NCBI GenBank assembly: GCA_946562005.1
Contig: CAMNVD010000003.1
Coordinates: 1-36,448 of the forward strand
DNA length: 36,448 nucleotides
Source of the DNA: an uncultured Clostridia bacterium
GTDB taxonomy: Bacteria > Bacillota > Dehalobacteriia > UBA4068 > JAAVYR01
Reading direction: 5' to 3'
The position numbers and the translations under genes were made by a program. The notes under the pieces are model-generated. The model saw nothing but the letters and a program-made list of their open reading frames with translations. It had not been told where the DNA came from and did not search any database. This document shows, piece after piece, positions 26,941-35,600 of the stretch. Position 1 is the first letter of the stretch. Each line of letters starts with the position of its first letter.

Positions 26941-29500
26941 ACTTTATGATGCGTTTTCTGCACCGCTTATGAATGTAATTCAAGCGGTAAATCAGGGAGT
27001 TTCTGCAATGGAAACCATGCACGCAACCATGAATGAACCTGTTTCCGTGTCGATTGCGGACGGGATTGCAGAGCAAATGAATCAGGCGGTGCAAGCTATT
27101 GAAGAAGCAAGGGCGGCATTGTCTGAACCTGTTACCCATGAAAATACAAGCGTTACTTGGGATAGCCTCACAATGCCAACCTTCACAAATTCCGGGGCTG
27201 ACCGTTTCCAGCAGGAAGTTCAGAGTGCAAACGCCATGTTGGAGCAACTGAACCAGACCCAACGGAATATAGCGGCACAGGCTGAACGGGTGCAACTGTT
27301 CCCTTCAAATATGGTGAATGATATGAATACCATGCAAAGCCGTATTCAAGGCATTCAGGAAAGAATTCAAACCATAGAAAATAACCCCTTGAATTTGGGA
27401 ACAGATCAAGCTAACGCTGAATTGGAGTATTTGCGTAACAATTTGAATCAGGCAGTTCAGACACAGAATGAAATGAACGCTGCAATTCAGAACATGGACA
27501 TTACAACCGCCAATGATGCGTATATCCGGCTTTCAAATACCATTTCAGGAACAGAAAGATATATCCGTGATAATGTTGACGAACAAGGGCGGTTCAACCG
27601 TGAAATTGAAGAAGGCACGAATGAAGCCAATGAACTAATGCAGACAATCAAGGGGGCGGTTGCGGCATACGCTACAATTCAAACCCTTTCAGCGGCGTTG
27701 AACTTATCGGATCAGCTTACTTCCACAACCGCCCGCTTGAATTTGATGAATGACGGGCTGCAAACCACACAGGACTTGCAGAACATGATTTATCTTTCAG
27801 CGGAACGGGCAAGGGGCAGCTATCAGGCAACCGCTGATGCCGTTTCCAAACTTGGACTTATGGCGGGTGATGCGTTCAGCAGTTCGGAAGAAATCATTGC
27901 CTTCATGGAACAGGTGAATAAGCAATTTACCATTGCTGGAACGGAAGCGGCGGGCATTGATGCCGCTATGTTGCAGCTTACACAAGCAATGGGTTCAGGC
28001 GTTCTTCGTGGCGAGGAATACAACAGCATTTTGGAGCAAGCCCCGAATATCATTCAGGCGATTGCTGATTATATGGAAGTTCCAAAGGGGCAATTAAAGG
28101 ATATGGCAGCGGAAGGACTAATCACCGCTGACATTGTAAAGGCGGCTATGTTTGCGGCGGCTGATGATACCAATGCAAAGTTTGAACAGATGCCGAAAAC
28201 CTTTTCGCAAATTTGGACTTCTTTTCAGAATACCGCTTTGATGGCATTTCAGCCCGTTCTTCAAAGAATGAATGAAATTGCCAATAGTGAAGCGTTTCAG
28301 GGCTTTGTGAACAATGCGATTGAAGCCCTATCAATGGTGGCGGGCATTGCCCTTGAAATCTTTGATTTGCTTGTGGGCGTTGCTGAAATCGTTGGTGAAA
28401 ATTGGTCGTGGCTATCCCCTATCATTTACGGTGTAGCCGGGGCTTTGGCTGTTTACTACGGCTGGTTGCTGTTGACAAAAGGGGCAGCGTTAGCAACCGC
28501 AGCGGCACAAGGTGCATTGACACTTGCTAAAATGCTTGCCGTTCCTGTTTACGCCGCTTTAACGGGTGCGACAATGGCAGATACGGCGGCACAATGGGGG
28601 CTGAATTCTGCAATGTACGCTTGCCCTATCGTGTGGATCATTATTCTTATAATCGCCCTGATAGCCCTATTCTATGCGGCGGTGGCGGCGGTGAATAAAT
28701 TCGCCGGAACTTCCGTTTCCGCAACGGGTATAATTTGCGGGGCGTTCATGGTTGCCCTTGCCTTTATCGGCAATATCTTTGTTGCCCTTTGGAATTTGGT
28801 TGTGGATGTGTTCGTGCTTATCTATAACCTTGTGGCAACCGTGGCAAACTTTATCGGCAATGTATTCACCGATCCTATCGGTGCGGTTTGTCGATTGTTC
28901 TTTGATTTGGCTGATACCGTGCTTGGAATTCTTCAAGCGTTGGCTTCGGCTATTGATGCAATCTTCGGTTCAAACCTTGCGGGAAGTGTTCAGGGTTGGC
29001 GTGATTCTCTTGGCGGTTGGGTTGATGAAACCTTCGGTAAGGGTGATGAAGTAATGGCAAAAATGAACGCTGACGATATGAAACTTGGGCGGTTTGAATA
29101 CGGGGCAGCTTGGGATGCCGGGTATTCCTTTGGTGAAGGCATTGATGAAAGCATTGCGAATTTCGATCCTTCCAGCCTGTTTGATACCAATGTACCGGGT
29201 GCGGGTGACTACGCCGATTTGAGCAATTACGGGGCGGGGCTTGCCGGGGATGTTGGCGATATAGCGGGCAACACCGGGGCAATCAAGGATTCAATGGATA
29301 TTACAGAAGAAGATTTGAAATATCTTCGTGACATTGCCGAACAGGAAGCGATAAACAGATTTACAACCGCTGAAATCAATATAGAAGCACCAATAACCAA
29401 CCAAATTTCTAAAGATGTTGATTTGGATGGAGTAGTTGACGGGCTGACGGGTGCAGTAAATGAAGCGGCTGACATTATAGCGGAAGGCGTACACATTTAG
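26915..29500 (+). CDS. Stand-alone tape measure protein (~861 aa) carried by the satellite
   Basis: Tape-measure core (SAERARGSY...QLTQAMGSGVLRGEEYNSILEQAP), hydrophobic segments, C-terminal RDIAEQEAINRFTTAE...AEGVHI; AGGTG RBS before TTG 26915. Confidence 0.92.
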   Translation: MATIRTAIELYDAFSAPLMNVIQAVNQGVSAMETMHATMNEPVSVSIADGIAEQMNQAVQAIEEARAALSEPVTHENTSVTWDSLTMPTFTNSGADRFQQEVQSANAMLEQLNQTQRNIAAQAERVQLFPSNMVNDMNTMQSRIQGIQERIQTIENNPLNLGTDQANAELEYLRNNLNQAVQTQNEMNAAIQNMDITTANDAYIRLSNTISGTERYIRDNVDEQGRFNREIEEGTNEANELMQTIKGAVAAYATIQTLSAALNLSDQLTSTTARLNLMNDGLQTTQDLQNMIYLSAERARGSYQATADAVSKLGLMAGDAFSSSEEIIAFMEQVNKQFTIAGTEAAGIDAAMLQLTQAMGSGVLRGEEYNSILEQAPNIIQAIADYMEVPKGQLKDMAAEGLITADIVKAAMFAAADDTNAKFEQMPKTFSQIWTSFQNTALMAFQPVLQRMNEIANSEAFQGFVNNAIEALSMVAGIALEIFDLLVGVAEIVGENWSWLSPIIYGVAGALAVYYGWLLLTKGAALATAAAQGALTLAKMLAVPVYAALTGATMADTAAQWGLNSAMYACPIVWIIILIIALIALFYAAVAAVNKFAGTSVSATGIICGAFMVALAFIGNIFVALWNLVVDVFVLIYNLVATVANFIGNVFTDPIGAVCRLFFDLADTVLGILQALASAIDAIFGSNLAGSVQGWRDSLGGWVDETFGKGDEVMAKMNADDMKLGRFEYGAAWDAGYSFGEGIDESIANFDPSSLFDTNVPGAGDYADLSNYGAGLAGDVGDIAGNTGAIKDSMDITEEDLKYLRDIAEQEAINRFTTAEINIEAPITNQISKDVDLDGVVDGLTGAVNEAADIIAEGVHI

Positions 29501-29506
29501 CCCCAC

Positions 29507-29540
29507 GATCCCCCGGTGAAATATCCGGGGGATTTTTCTT
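29507..29540 (+). terminator. Intrinsic terminator after the satellite TMP
   Basis: ATCCCCCGG-TGAAATAT-CCGGGGGAT-TTTTCTTT. Confidence 0.8.
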
Positions 29541-29543
29541 TAC

Positions 29544-29572
29544 TTGACTATTCGTTACCAATAGTATATAAT
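29544..29572 (+). promoter_or_regulatory. sigmaA promoter of the AbrB-like gene
   Basis: TTGACT-17bp-TATAAT; contains TTACCAATAGTATATA, also found at 18995-19010. Confidence 0.75.
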
Positions 29573-29613
29573 AAATTCAAAGTAATTGAACACATTTCAA
29601 AGGGGGTGTAAGT

Positions 29614-30177
29614 ATGGAAACACGAAAGGGAAATATGATTTTTGGGAAAGCTGGCGGTAATGCAAGCCGGAATTCTTATACTTGTAAAGTATCTGTTCCC
29701 AAAACATGGGTTGACCGAATGGGGCTAACCCATGAACAGCGGGAAATAGAACTTGCCTTTGATGGAGATAGGATCACGATTGATAGACCGGAACACAGCC
29801 CGGTAAAACATACCCCATTAGCAAGCAATCAGAAAATCCGGCGTTTTGCCTTGCTTTGGATGCAGATGTATAAAAACCACGCTTCCACACCCGGCTTCTA
29901 TTTTGAAGATGTTTCCTTTGTTGGTGAAGGGCTTGCAGATTTAGGCTTTGAAATGGATTGTGGGGAATCCTTCAAGGCAGCTTTCCCAAACTGTAATTTA
30001 GGCGATTGCGAAGCGTGGAAACGGATTGTGAATCAGATTGACAGTGTGCAGCTTTTGGGGGATGCGATTTTCTCACAATGGCGGTACTGGAATCATTGGA
30101 GTAATGCACCAATGGAAGAAGCTGATTTTGAATGGTTTGCGCTTGCCTTTTCCCGGCTGGCTGAACTGGCGGCATGA
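29614..30177 (+). CDS. AbrB/MazE-like DNA-binding domain fused to an unknown domain
   Basis: KVSVPKTWVDRMGLTHEQREIELAFDGDRITID swapped-hairpin pattern; Trp-rich C-terminal domain. Confidence 0.7.
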   Translation: METRKGNMIFGKAGGNASRNSYTCKVSVPKTWVDRMGLTHEQREIELAFDGDRITIDRPEHSPVKHTPLASNQKIRRFALLWMQMYKNHASTPGFYFEDVSFVGEGLADLGFEMDCGESFKAAFPNCNLGDCEAWKRIVNQIDSVQLLGDAIFSQWRYWNHWSNAPMEEADFEWFALAFSRLAELAA

Positions 30178-30181
30178 TGTT

Positions 30182-30199
30182 TTGAAAATTAACTTTCAA
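30182..30199. promoter_or_regulatory. 18-bp palindromic site (copy 3)
   Basis: TTGAAAATTAACTTTCAA. Confidence 0.7.
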
Positions 30200-30344
30200 T
30201 CTGTTTTCCCCTTTCATATTGCAAGCCCCTAACCAAAGTATCAAAGCCTTTCTGTTTCCGCTTATATAGCCGTTATATGAACCTCTGATATAATATTCCT
30301 TGCCGTTTGTGCGGCAAAATCTTATATTTCAGGAGGTTCAGAAG

Positions 30345-32015
30345 ATGAACAGAAACAGAAGAACAGTATTTTTCAGGATCATGGCAACAATTATGTGTGC
30401 CGCTTGCGTGGTGGTTATGTGTTCGGGCTATCAGGCAAGGGCAGAAACAACCGCTGATTTCCCCATAGCGAAAAATGGGAATCAGCTTCTTCAAGCGATT
30501 GCCGCCGCTGATGATGGCGATACAATCGGAATTTCTGATATGATTGCCTTTTATGAGGGGGTAACGATTGGAGCAGAGGACAAACGAATTACTATTGTTC
30601 GGATGAATGAGAATGCTTTTTTGTCCTTTACCGGATCGGATTCTTCTTTGGTGCAAAATGTTGTATTTGACGGGGGAAACATAGAATCCAATTACCCTAT
30701 GATTAGTTCACAATGTTCTTTAACCGTTGAAAACAGCATTTTTCAAAATTGCATTTGCAATGGTGAAGGTGCTGCACTTGGATTTTATTCTGATGAACTT
30801 AACATTGCAAGTTGTGTTTTCAAAGATAATTGGGCATATCGTGGCGGTCATGTTTACATAGCCACTTTGAGAGAAGCAACAATTTCAAGTTGCACTTTTA
30901 AGAATGGAGAAGCCAAAGAACAAGGTGGGGCATTGTATGTAACAGGTGAAACCAAAATAAGAAATAGTGTTATTACTAACAATCGGGCGAACTATGGCGG
31001 TGGCATTTATCACGGCAGTCAAAATTGTATTATATCCGGCACAAAGATTTATTATAATTCGGCTAACATTTATGGTTCAGATTATGCTACTGAAACTCCT
31101 TATTTCTATTTTGCCGAATCGGTTGCTGAACTTACGGAATTATTTGCACCTGATAATTTGAAACCTGTTGAATGGGAGATTTCTAACAATAGCGGGGTTG
31201 ATGGATTTAAGTTGATTTTGGAAACACTTACACCTATTGAACCTGAACAACCCACAACTCCAGAAAAACCGGAAACGCCGACAGAACCAGAAAACCCGGA
31301 TGAACCCGACAAGCCAACCGAACCGGAAAACCCCGAGAACCCCGAGAACCCGAATCAGCCGGACACGCCCACAGAGCTGGGGGAGAATGAGCCGCCCAAA
31401 GATGAATCGGGAACAGGAACGGACAAGCCCGCAGAAGGTGAAAATAAGCCTTCCGAACCTGAAACACCCCCGGATGATACCCAAAATAAGGGGGATGAAC
31501 AGCCGCCCGCCGATAACCCGGAAGAAAAACCCGGTGTAAGCGGTTCAGGGAACGCCCCGGCAACCCCTTCCGATTCAACGGGGAATAATGGCGGCAATAA
31601 TACCAGCAATTCAACAAGCACCACCACAACCAGCGACAACAGAACAACGGATAATTCCGACAATTCCCGGTATTCCAGCACCAGCGATTCTAACAATACA
31701 TCCACGGTGAATAATTACTATCAGCAGGAAAAACAACCTTCCAGCAGCGGGGAATCGGTTCAAACAATCGTTGTCCCTGTTGGCAACACTGGAAACGGCG
31801 AACCGCTGCAACAAACAATCAGAGTTGAAAACCCGGAAGGAACAACGGCAACGGGAAGTTTGGAAGGCTTGACCTTGAATATCAATGTGAACACAGCTTC
31901 ACAGGATCAGGCGGCAAATACTTCCCCTGTTCAGCAAAGCGGAATATCTTGGTATCAAGCAATCGTTTTGTGCCTTCTGTCTGCTATTTTGGTTTGCTTG
32001 TTGAAAAGCCGCTGA
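30345..32015 (+). CDS. Surface protein: signal peptide, right-handed beta-helix, Pro/Glu stalk, C-terminal membrane anchor
   Basis: AGGAGG RBS before ATG 30345; FxxN...GG(A)L/I repeats; PENPD/PTEP repeats; Ser/Thr/Asn-rich tract; terminal hydrophobic helix ending KSR. Confidence 0.8.
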   Translation: MNRNRRTVFFRIMATIMCAACVVVMCSGYQARAETTADFPIAKNGNQLLQAIAAADDGDTIGISDMIAFYEGVTIGAEDKRITIVRMNENAFLSFTGSDSSLVQNVVFDGGNIESNYPMISSQCSLTVENSIFQNCICNGEGAALGFYSDELNIASCVFKDNWAYRGGHVYIATLREATISSCTFKNGEAKEQGGALYVTGETKIRNSVITNNRANYGGGIYHGSQNCIISGTKIYYNSANIYGSDYATETPYFYFAESVAELTELFAPDNLKPVEWEISNNSGVDGFKLILETLTPIEPEQPTTPEKPETPTEPENPDEPDKPTEPENPENPENPNQPDTPTELGENEPPKDESGTGTDKPAEGENKPSEPETPPDDTQNKGDEQPPADNPEEKPGVSGSGNAPATPSDSTGNNGGNNTSNSTSTTTTSDNRTTDNSDNSRYSSTSDSNNTSTVNNYYQQEKQPSSSGESVQTIVVPVGNTGNGEPLQQTIRVENPEGTTATGSLEGLTLNINVNTASQDQAANTSPVQQSGISWYQAIVLCLLSAILVCLLKSR

Positions 32016-32030
32016 TTTTGGCTTTATATG

Positions 32031-32077
32031 GGGTTTTCCCCCGCAGTCTATAACTTCATAGGTTGCGGGGGAAACTC
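32031..32077. terminator. Hairpin after the surface protein gene
   Basis: GGGTTTTCCCCCGCAG...TTGCGGGGGAAACTC. Confidence 0.55.
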
Positions 32078-32287
32078 TCTATATAGGGCTTATATGAGGG
32101 CGTAGGGAGCAAGGGAAACCATGCTTCAACCTTTGCTTTTTGATTGTCTGAACGGGCGAAAGGCGGTGTTGTAAATTTGTTGCAAATACCCCTGAAAAAA
32201 TGCAAAGTTTCACAGAGCATTATATATTGAACCCGCATAAAATCAGGGCTTTTCACGCCTTGCATAGCATTGAATTTTGAACTATTT

Positions 32288-32300
32288 TATGGTAAAATAA
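32288..32300 (+). repeat. attR core TATGGTAAAATAA (also the extended -10 of the downstream promoter)
   Basis: Identical to 17199-17211; TTGAAT(32270)-17bp-TAAAAT(32293). Confidence 0.85.
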
Positions 32301-32319
32301 GGATGCAAAAATAGCATCA

Positions 32320-32524
32320 TGACTCGGGGTCTGTTGGGCAGGCGTCAAGGCGGACAGATGTCGGGATGAGGGAATCCGGTGAGAATCCGGAGCAATACCC
32401 GTTGCCGTATGTGCAGGAGTTTGCAGTTCGTGGCGTGAGCCGGTCATTGAGGGGAAACTTTTGAGAAGGCGGAGCTGTAAGCGTTGGGATTTTTTCTTGA
32501 AACTGTACGAGCCGGAAGACCTAT
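32320..32524 (+). ncRNA. Cobalamin (B12) riboswitch
   Basis: AGGGAATCCGGTGAGAATCCGGAGC...GCCGTA, CATTG...GAAGG, B12 box GAGCCGGAAGACCT at 32509-32522. Confidence 0.88.
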
Positions 32525-32589
32525 GATGTTTATAGGCTTGTTTTGGTGCGTCCAAAATTAGCGAGAAAATGTGTTCCGCAGAAAAGTTC

Positions 32590-32629
32590 GGCTGCGGCAG
32601 TGTTTGTATACGCTGCCGCAGCCTTTTTT
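32590..32629 (+). terminator. Riboswitch expression-platform terminator
   Basis: GGCTGCGGCAG...CTGCCGCAGCC-TTTTTT. Confidence 0.85.
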
Positions 32630-32682
32630 GTTTTTTGCAGGGATACGCCTATTTGCGGGAAGACAAAAGAGGAGGAATATTT

Positions 32683-35600
32683 ATGAGAAAAACAAAGGTG
32701 TTTCTTTTGCTGTGGGTATTCATGTTGTTCCTTTGTTTATGGAGCGGTATGGCTTGGGCGGCTGAGGTACCTGTTTCCACTGCTGAGGAATTTGCCGCAA
32801 TGTCTGCGGACGGCAGCTATGTGCTGGAGGCCGATATTACCATTCGTGCGCCTTGGGGCGATATGAGTACGCCTTTTCAAGGTAGCTTCAATGGGAATGG
32901 CCACAAGATTACCTTAGACATCCAGGCGACTGCTGCTTACCAAGGGGTATTTGCTGTTTTGGATGGCGCAACGGTGGAGAATCTATTGGTCGATGGGGAG
33001 ATTCATACGACCCTGGGCTATGCGGCAGGTATTGCAGCAAAAATGACCAATAGTACCGTGAGAAACTGCGGCAGTGAAGTGATGATTGTTTCTACTGGGA
33101 ATAATAGCACTAATTTTGGTGGTATTGCTGGTTGGGCTAGTGGCAGTACCATAGAAGGGTGCTACAGCAATAGTGCCATTAGCGGAAAAATCAAAAATGT
33201 AGGCGGTATTGTAGGACAAACCCAAAGCGTTGGTTGTATCATACGAAATTGTTATAATTTAGGTGATATTACCTCTACTGGTACTTCTGCAGTGCGGGCA
33301 GGCGGCATCGTGGGCTATGGCAACAAAGCTGGTACGATAGAAAACTGTTATACTGCTGGCGTCATTGATAATACTGTTCAGAGCGGGGCCTTTGCTGGGT
33401 ATCTAACGGGGACTACTGCGGAAAATCTGAAAAGTTGTTATTATTTCACAGCAGGCCATAGCCAAGCAGTGGGATTTGCTGTTTCTGGTTCTGATACTAC
33501 TGGTATTACAGCTAAATCCAAAGAAGATTTAAAGGGGTTAACGGTGGATTTAGGACCGGCGTTTGCAGAGAATCCTAAAGGAGGCTATCCTATTCTTACC
33601 TGGCAGGTGGTAAGCGCTCCAGAACCGGCAAAACCAAGCATTGCTATTGTATCTAGTAATGGGGATATTCTCTGGGCAGAAAAAGGCGGTAATCACGAAA
33701 ATGACACGACCTTAAAAGTTACTTATAAAGAAATGGGTGACGGGACGCCTGCTGTTACCTGGTCTGTTGATGATACGGAAATTATCAAAGGGCAACTGGC
33801 GGAAAATAACGGTGACTATATCGTGACAGCCCAAAAAGGCGGTGTGGCTACGGTAACTGCTACAGTGGAATATGAAGGAGAAATCTACACAGCATCTTGT
33901 GAGATTAGGGTAGTTCCTCATTTTACCACTGTAGAAATTAAGAATATGGAATCTGCATATGCTGGAAATATTGCGGTGGGACAAACTGTCACTGCTGTGG
34001 CAAATACTTTTGGTGGAGCGGAATTTGATGCAACAGCGTATCCGGGCCTTTCTCTGGATTATCAATGGTATCGTTATGAGCCCATAGCAAATCAAGTAAC
34101 AATGATTTCTAGGGCCACTGGGAAAACTTATACCATTACAGAGGATTTTCAAGAGGGGGATAAGATTGGTGTTTCTGTCTATTGTAATGGGCAAGAAGTT
34201 CATTCTTATGTAGATGGCCAAAAAACTGTCCGCTCGGCAGATTATGGTAAGCTATATGCCATTGCCTATGGGGAAGATGTTATGAACTTGCCGGTGGATG
34301 TGAAAGAAGATATACAGTTGATGTTGCCTTTCTCTGTAACCAGAGATGACATTACTGCCCAAATAGAATGGAGCGGCTTCAATGCAATCATCGCTGCTGA
34401 TGGCGGTGTAACTCGTCCGAAAAGCGGGAAAATACAAGTGACCTTACGGGCAAAATTTATCTACGGTGATGCCTTCTGTAACCGTGATATAAAAATCACA
34501 GTGTGGTCTGATGAGGCGATAGATGCTGATGTTAACGATAAACAAATCATATTAAAAGAAGCTCTTGGCTCTTTGGGCAGTTCCTACACCATGTATCCAG
34601 TCTATGGCAAAGACAGTAATATAAATACCATGTTGTCAGAGGCATTGGCAGCAAAAGGCTATGCGGACATTACTGCTTCTGTAAAAACTGTGCAGGAAAT
34701 CTATGGCGGTGCTGCTATTAGGGAGAATGGTGATATTGTCTATTTCTATGCAGAGCCGAATCTTTTGCCGGTTATCAAGCATGGCAGTTATCGAGTGACC
34801 TTTACTTTGGAAAAAGATGGTGTAGCGCTGGATTATGAAGATGTGCCTGTTATCATTTATTGGGATAGAGACCTGGTAAAGGCAGTGATGACCAGTGAAA
34901 TCTTAGATAAGGTTACACTGGATAGTGAAAACTTACTAACAGGGAATATTTCTTTGCCCAAGGTGGTAGACGGTAAACGCTGGACGCAAATTTCTTGGCA
35001 ATCCTCTAATGACCGTGTGTTATCCATCAGCAGTGAAAATCAAACTACGGCTGATACGCTTTTTGCTCCTTATGTGGGGGTAGTAAAACCAGGACAGGCC
35101 GAGCAATCTATTACCTTGACGGCAGCTTTTACCTTCCAGTTTACCAATGATGTGACGGGCCGGGAGGAACCTATCGTTCTCTATAAAACCTTTGATATGA
35201 CGGTAGCACCGCTTGATGCAGAACAAGCGGCAGCCATTCAAGCAGAACTATGGGCTAAACTAGACCAAGGCTTTGCAGCCAAAGGCTTACGGGATGCCGT
35301 GACAGGAGAACTGTTAGCATCAGATGCAAATGGTGTTTACACCGTAGGGAATGATATACAGTTGCCTACTACTAGAGATTTCGGGGTAGATGGTAAGTAT
35401 TATCCGATTACCATTACCAGTGATGATGAGACAGTCGCAAAAGCGCCTGATGTGGCAAATGCTGCTCGAGTAGAAATCTATCGTCCTGGGGTAGGACAAC
35501 CGGACGCTATGGCAACGATTACTGTAACTATGCAGGATAAGGATACTAGTGTGGTGGCTTCCCGCACCTTTACCATCTCGGTATCAGCACTGACCCAGGC

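Larger units (their letters stand above)
17199..32300. mobile_element. Integrated PICI-like phage satellite, 15.1 kb
   Basis: Integrase, divergent repressor/early genes, primase-helicase plus ori, small ORFs and cargo; bounded by a 13-bp direct repeat; no recognisable capsid, portal, large terminase or lysis genes. Confidence 0.85.

Noticed and set aside
31240-31700. Short tandem repeats as a CRISPR array or non-coding repeat
   Set aside because: They are in-frame Pro/Glu and Ser/Thr/Asn low-complexity coding sequence; no repeat-spacer periodicity or cas genes
1213-32300. One large prophage spanning the tail module and the integrase/primase module
   Set aside because: The housekeeping trpB2 with its T-box lies between them, the att repeats enclose only 17199-32300, each part has its own repressor, and no head genes are visible
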